A DNA stretch of 64,000 nt from NCBI RefSeq assembly GCF_026571515.1, contig NW_026859498.1, forward strand, positions 1-64,000. Reading direction: 5' to 3'. Positions within the stretch are counted from its first letter, which is position 1. Each line of letters begins with the position of its first letter. The notes beneath the pieces are model-generated. The model was not told the DNA's origin and did not search any database. It saw nothing but the letters and a program-made list of their open reading frames with translations. Origin of the DNA: Ruditapes philippinarum (Eukaryota). The position numbers and the translations under genes are program-made. Positions 60,901 through 64,000 of this stretch are shown here, piece by piece.

Positions 60901-63900
60901 AACTTGATATTTAACAAAATAAAGGACAAATACCACTTCAGATCAAAGACAAACTTGATATTTAACAAAATCATAGAATGAATACCACTTCAGATCAAAG
61001 ACAAACTTGATATTTAACAAAATCATAGAATGAATACCACTTCAGATCAAAGACAAACTTGATATTTAACAAAATCATAGGACGAATACCACTTCAGATC
61101 AAAGACAAACTTGATATTTAACAAAATAATAGAACGAATACCACTTCAGATCAAAGACAAACTTGATATTTAACTAAATCATAGAAAAATACCTCTTTAG
61201 ATCAAAGACAAACTTGATATTTATAACGAATACGACTTTAAATTAAAGACAAACTTGATATTTAACAAAATAATAGAACAAATACCACTTTAAATTAAAA
61301 AAACTTGATATTTAACAAAATACTAATAATAGAACAAATACCATTTTAAATCAAAGACAAAAGAAAAGGAAACTTTTTTTCAGACAATTCTACCTACTCA
61401 GTTTTTACATTATTCTTTTATGCTGTATAAATAAAAAGATGAAATTAATCCCAAGAGCTTTTGGAGAAATATATACTGCAGTACGTAGTTTAATAAACGT
61501 TACTTTGATCTTACGAAAATGTACATCGATGAAAAGAGAGAGCCATCAACTTTCTTAATTTTAAGTATTTCTTTAAATTAAAAAGATACGAGATATATTA
61601 ATTGATAGCGTCTTTTAAAATTCACAAAAAAACAGGATTGAAATAAATCGACAGCGTTTTAAATTTGCACTGACCTTGACCCCCTCCTGATGGAAAACTT
61701 TGACCTTGCTGAAAAAAAATTCAAGGACGTAAAATAATTTTTTCTAAAAATATGATTAAGCAAATACATGAGTATATGAATTAATTTGAGTTGCTGTTTA
61801 ATCAAAAGATTTTATTCAAAATACGCTCAAAGGCAGATATATGACGTCACACTTTATGTTGTAATTAAATTAAAGGCGACAATGGCGACGATTGTGACGT
61901 CAATGGACCAGATCATGTCATACCAAGGGTTATATTGAAAATAACCGTTTATATACGGTCATATAACCTACCAAGAATATTCATTACAAATTCTTTATAT
62001 AGAAAACTTCCTTCATTTGAGATAAAGAAAACTGAAATTACTTAATAAAATTATAAATGATTTATATAAACGTAACAATTATCGGATGAGCGTGACGTGA
62101 TAAACGTGCAGTGTTATAATGAACGTATAACAAGGTATCTTGTTCTATATCTAACTTTGCATCGAGCAGCATTCGAAGTCTTGAACCTTGGATCAGAAGA
62201 ATACATGCTGTCCATACCTTTCTTACGATGTCGACAGTCTATTAACTTTTATGACCTTCATTTGCATATTCGCCAATTACATTAAGTTTTAATGACAAAG
62301 GTGTTCCACAATAAAAGAATGCTCAAATTTTAGTTAAAATGTGAATATTTTTTGACTACTTTTGTTAAACATGCCAGAATTTTCATTATAGCAATTAAAT
62401 AATTTTATTCTTCAGATTTTGTCAAAATAAGTCATGGGGACACACGTACTCCAAAACGACCCCCGGTCCGAGCCTGTCGTACTGCCGACGCAACATCTGA
62501 TGGTACCACCTGCATTCCTGTCACAGGGTCCTCGAACCTCATACTACCCCCGGGACCGACTCGGCCACCTTCAGTACGTCCAAACACACCGCCAATAGCC
62601 CCTGAACCACCATCAGTCCGTCCGAATGCACCTCCAACCGGTACCCCACCTTTTAATGAAAAACATAAATAACTAAAATATAATACGGTGTCCCGTTATG
62701 GTAATTGCGATACACGCATAACTCGAATCAACGAAAACACGAAATAACGATTGTGAAAAATCTTTAAACCTTAATGGTGTACGATGGTTAAGACATGAAA
62801 CTCTATCGAGTTTTTACTATCGTGGTTTCGTTATTCGATTTTAAACAATCTTCATTTTGTTTTTCAGTTGTCTCGAATGATGTTTGTAGCGATGCTCCTA
62901 ACGAAACCTTTTTCTTTATTTTTTTAAAGAGGACTTTTGTAGCAAACATATTCAAACGTGTTTTTTATTTCTTGTGGCATGGATATTCATTATCTGAGAA
63001 TAGCTTCATATGATTTCATGTACTTGCTTATACATTTCTATCATTATTGCAAAAAGTATAAGTGTTCATTACAATTATGCATCAAAATAATCGAATAGTA
63101 AACCGTTGTAATGAAAAAGAAATGTAAGATAATTACCAGCTCCTCCAGTTGGATCTACACCCCCAAAGCCACCCGAGGCTGGGCCTCCTCCACCAAATGC
63201 TCCGCCTCCTGGAGCTGGTCCAGGGCCTGTAAATGTTCCACCGCCTCCAAATCCCGAAAATCCTCCTCCTCCCCCTCCCCCAAATGGCCCATCTGGTGTA
63301 ATACCACCTCCGCCTCCGAAACCTCCGCCCCCAAATGACCCTCCTGGAGGAGTTCCACCTCCTCCAAAGCCTCCTCCACCACCAAATCCCCCACCTCCTC
63401 CACCACCAGGAACTGGACCGCCTCCGCCTCCAAATCCACCACCTCCTCCAAATCCACCACCAACACCTCCGCTAGGTGTAAGTCCACCACCACCACCAAA
63501 TCCACCGCCTCCTCCGCCTCCTGGAGCCGGACCACCTCCTCCTCCAAATCCACCACCTCCTCCAAATCCACCACCACCTACACCACCAGGACCGCCTCCT
63601 CCACCGAATCCCCCGCCTCCACCTCCGTCAAGTCCCCCGCCACCCCCAAAACCTCCCCCTCCTCCACTGGCCCGCCGCCACCAAAGCCTCCACCTCCTCC
63701 ACCTGGTCCACCTCCTCCCCCAAATCCAGCGCCTCCACCACCAGGACCGCCTCCTCCGCCAAATCCTCCACCTCCTCCTCCATCTGGTCCGCCACCACCC
63801 CCAAAGCCTCCACCTCCTCCACCCGGCCCGCCTCCTCCCCCAAATCCCCCACCACCGCCCCCTGGTCCTCCGGTAGGTGGTGGTCCGCCTCCACCAAATC

Positions 63901-64000
63901 CTGTACCAAATCCTCCACCAGGCATAGGCCCACCCCCGAAAGGCGGAAAGTCTCCGCCACCTGGTCCTACAAAACCTGGACCAAAACTTGGACCAAACTC
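48969..64000 (-). CDS. Gly-rich low-complexity structural protein (GGF/GGP repeats); 5'-incomplete, ~545 aa visible, one frameshift
   Basis: Exons >64000-63137, 62649-62446 (donor uncertain), 59463-59314, 55395-55228, 53521-53447, 49599-49446, 48990-48969 (stop). GT-AG junctions, mostly symmetric phase-1 exons. 1-nt deletion near 63667. AATAAA on minus strand near 48168-48173. Confidence 0.75.
49446..49599 (-). CDS. Gly-rich protein exon
   Basis: VNQGRGSGNTGTNGGPDLVVLHMEDLQDPSNLPAIIKTLTNISGARQDNLS; AG|GTAAA donor. Confidence 0.7.
49940..51351. repeat. 48-49-bp minisatellite, ~29 copies; last partial unit at 53432-53447 beyond the Harbinger insertion
   Basis: Unit ACATGATATCTACCTCAATAAGTAGGTTAGACAAACGTACCTACACACT. 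Confidence 0.93.
51352..53428. mobile_element. Non-autonomous PIF/Harbinger element
   Basis: TIR TGCCCCGGTCACATATTCACGG / CCGTGAATATGTGACCGGGGTA. TAA TSD (51349-51, 53429-31). Subterminal TACGG/CCGTA repeats. Confidence 0.85.
52437..52879. mobile_element. IS3EU-like MITE nested in the Harbinger
   Basis: 21-bp TIR TATGGTGGCATATTTCTGCCA. 6-bp TSD TACCCT (52431-36, 52880-85). Interior made of TAACTAGTTA/GTTAAC palindromes. Confidence 0.75.
53447..53521 (-). CDS. Gly-rich protein exon
   Basis: GQSNILPPPTTQGFNSVTSQTSQVT; TTTCAG acceptor, GTACGT donor. Confidence 0.65.
55228..55395 (-). CDS. Gly-rich protein exon
   Basis: IRIPVDGGQPVVTRNGVTQQLPSGMSLRDLGINIDPFSMQSSRGSGTGGEMTGFRN. Confidence 0.72.
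55730..57760. mobile_element. 2.0-kb non-autonomous DNA transposon with ~480-bp TIRs and 6-bp TSD
   Basis: CAAGGGGCAGGACG / CGTCCTGCCCCTTG. TSD CTGAAT (55724-29, 57761-66). Arms 55730-56213 and 57278-57760. Confidence 0.88.
58055..58336 (+). mobile_element. Full-length tRNA-derived SINE (resembles bivalve Meta-type SINEs)
   Basis: A box TGGCCGAATGG, B box GTTCGAATCC, central TGTGAGGAAGCTATCCAGCTAGCTTACGG, (CAAA)n tail, 12-bp TSD ATGTACTTTGTA. Confidence 0.9.
58660..58894. mobile_element. GAGCCGCG-ended 235-bp MITE, copy 3
   Basis: ~90-bp near-perfect TIRs; 4-bp TSD AAAT. Confidence 0.9.
58981..59199. mobile_element. Tc1/mariner-pogo type MITE
   Basis: TA|CAGTCAAAACTG ... CAGACTCGACTG|TA. 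Confidence 0.6.
59314..59463 (-). CDS. Gly-rich protein exon
   Basis: FRQTEFQSTVSNGFLPGGDSSAGAFGQQRSGFGSSTTRGAQGGLNNAIR; TTTACAG acceptor, GTAAGT donor. Confidence 0.75.
59710..61345. repeat. 52-bp minisatellite, ~31 copies, with higher-order structure
   Basis: Unit TTAGATCAAAGACAAACTTGATATTTAACAAAATAATAGAACGAATACCACT. Confidence 0.95.
62446..62649 (-). CDS. Gly-rich protein exon
   Basis: GGVPVGGAFGRTDGGSGAIGGVFGRTEGGRVGPGGSMRFEDPVTGMQVVPSDVASAVRQARTGGRFG. Donor is either 62445 (GTGTGT, phase 1) or 62449 (GTACGT, phase 0). Confidence 0.7.
63137..64000 (-). CDS. Gly-rich protein, large repeat exon (partial)
   Basis: EFGPSFGPGFVGPGGGDFPPFGGGPMPGGGFGTGF(GGGGGFGGGGGP)n...GVDPTGGA; donor G|GTAATT. 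GGN codons vary synonymously. Confidence 0.85.

Noticed and set aside
59710-61345. CRISPR-like regular array
   Set aside because: Units are contiguous tandem copies with no unique spacers, there are no cas genes, and the array lies in a eukaryotic intron. The same applies to 49940-51351.
63155-63577. Acidic Glu/Val-rich 140-aa ORF, and Pro-rich plus-strand reading
   Set aside because: Alternative frames of GGN glycine codons. The Gly frame is the one that matches the splice donor and downstream exons.

Overview
AT-rich, intron-rich animal genomic DNA, not prokaryotic. The SINE, HINE and MITE repertoire resembles a bivalve mollusc, probably a clam (inference from recalled repeat types, not a database hit). 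Three host genes can be reconstructed: (1) an intronless-CDS GMC oxidoreductase (6353-8146, +); (2) a complete 11-exon UCHL5/UCH37 deubiquitinase (39117->21916, -, 323 aa, catalytic Cys/His/Asp intact); (3) the 3' part of a multi-exon, very Gly-rich GGF/GGP-repeat structural protein (>64000->48969, -) with a 1-nt frameshift near 63667. The rest is a dense set of nested transposons, many with readable TIRs and target-site duplications (TSDs). These include a 2.9-kb Transib/RAG-type element (CACACTG ends, 5-bp TSD, ~660-bp TIRs), an apparently intact 4-exon FLYWCH-MULE transposon inserted into the BED-finger exon of a deleted hAT inside UCHL5 intron 1, a deleted mariner, Sola-like, PIF/Harbinger, IS3EU-like, Kolobok-like and piggyBac-like elements, Helentron-associated (HINE) satellite carriers, hairpin-ended Crypton-like elements, tRNA-derived SINEs and several minisatellites. 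No CRISPR array, rRNA or convincing tRNA gene is present. I found no proven novel system. The best leads are the RSS-like Transib element, the intact nested MULE, the abductin-like Gly-rich protein and a minisatellite that starts at a splice donor.
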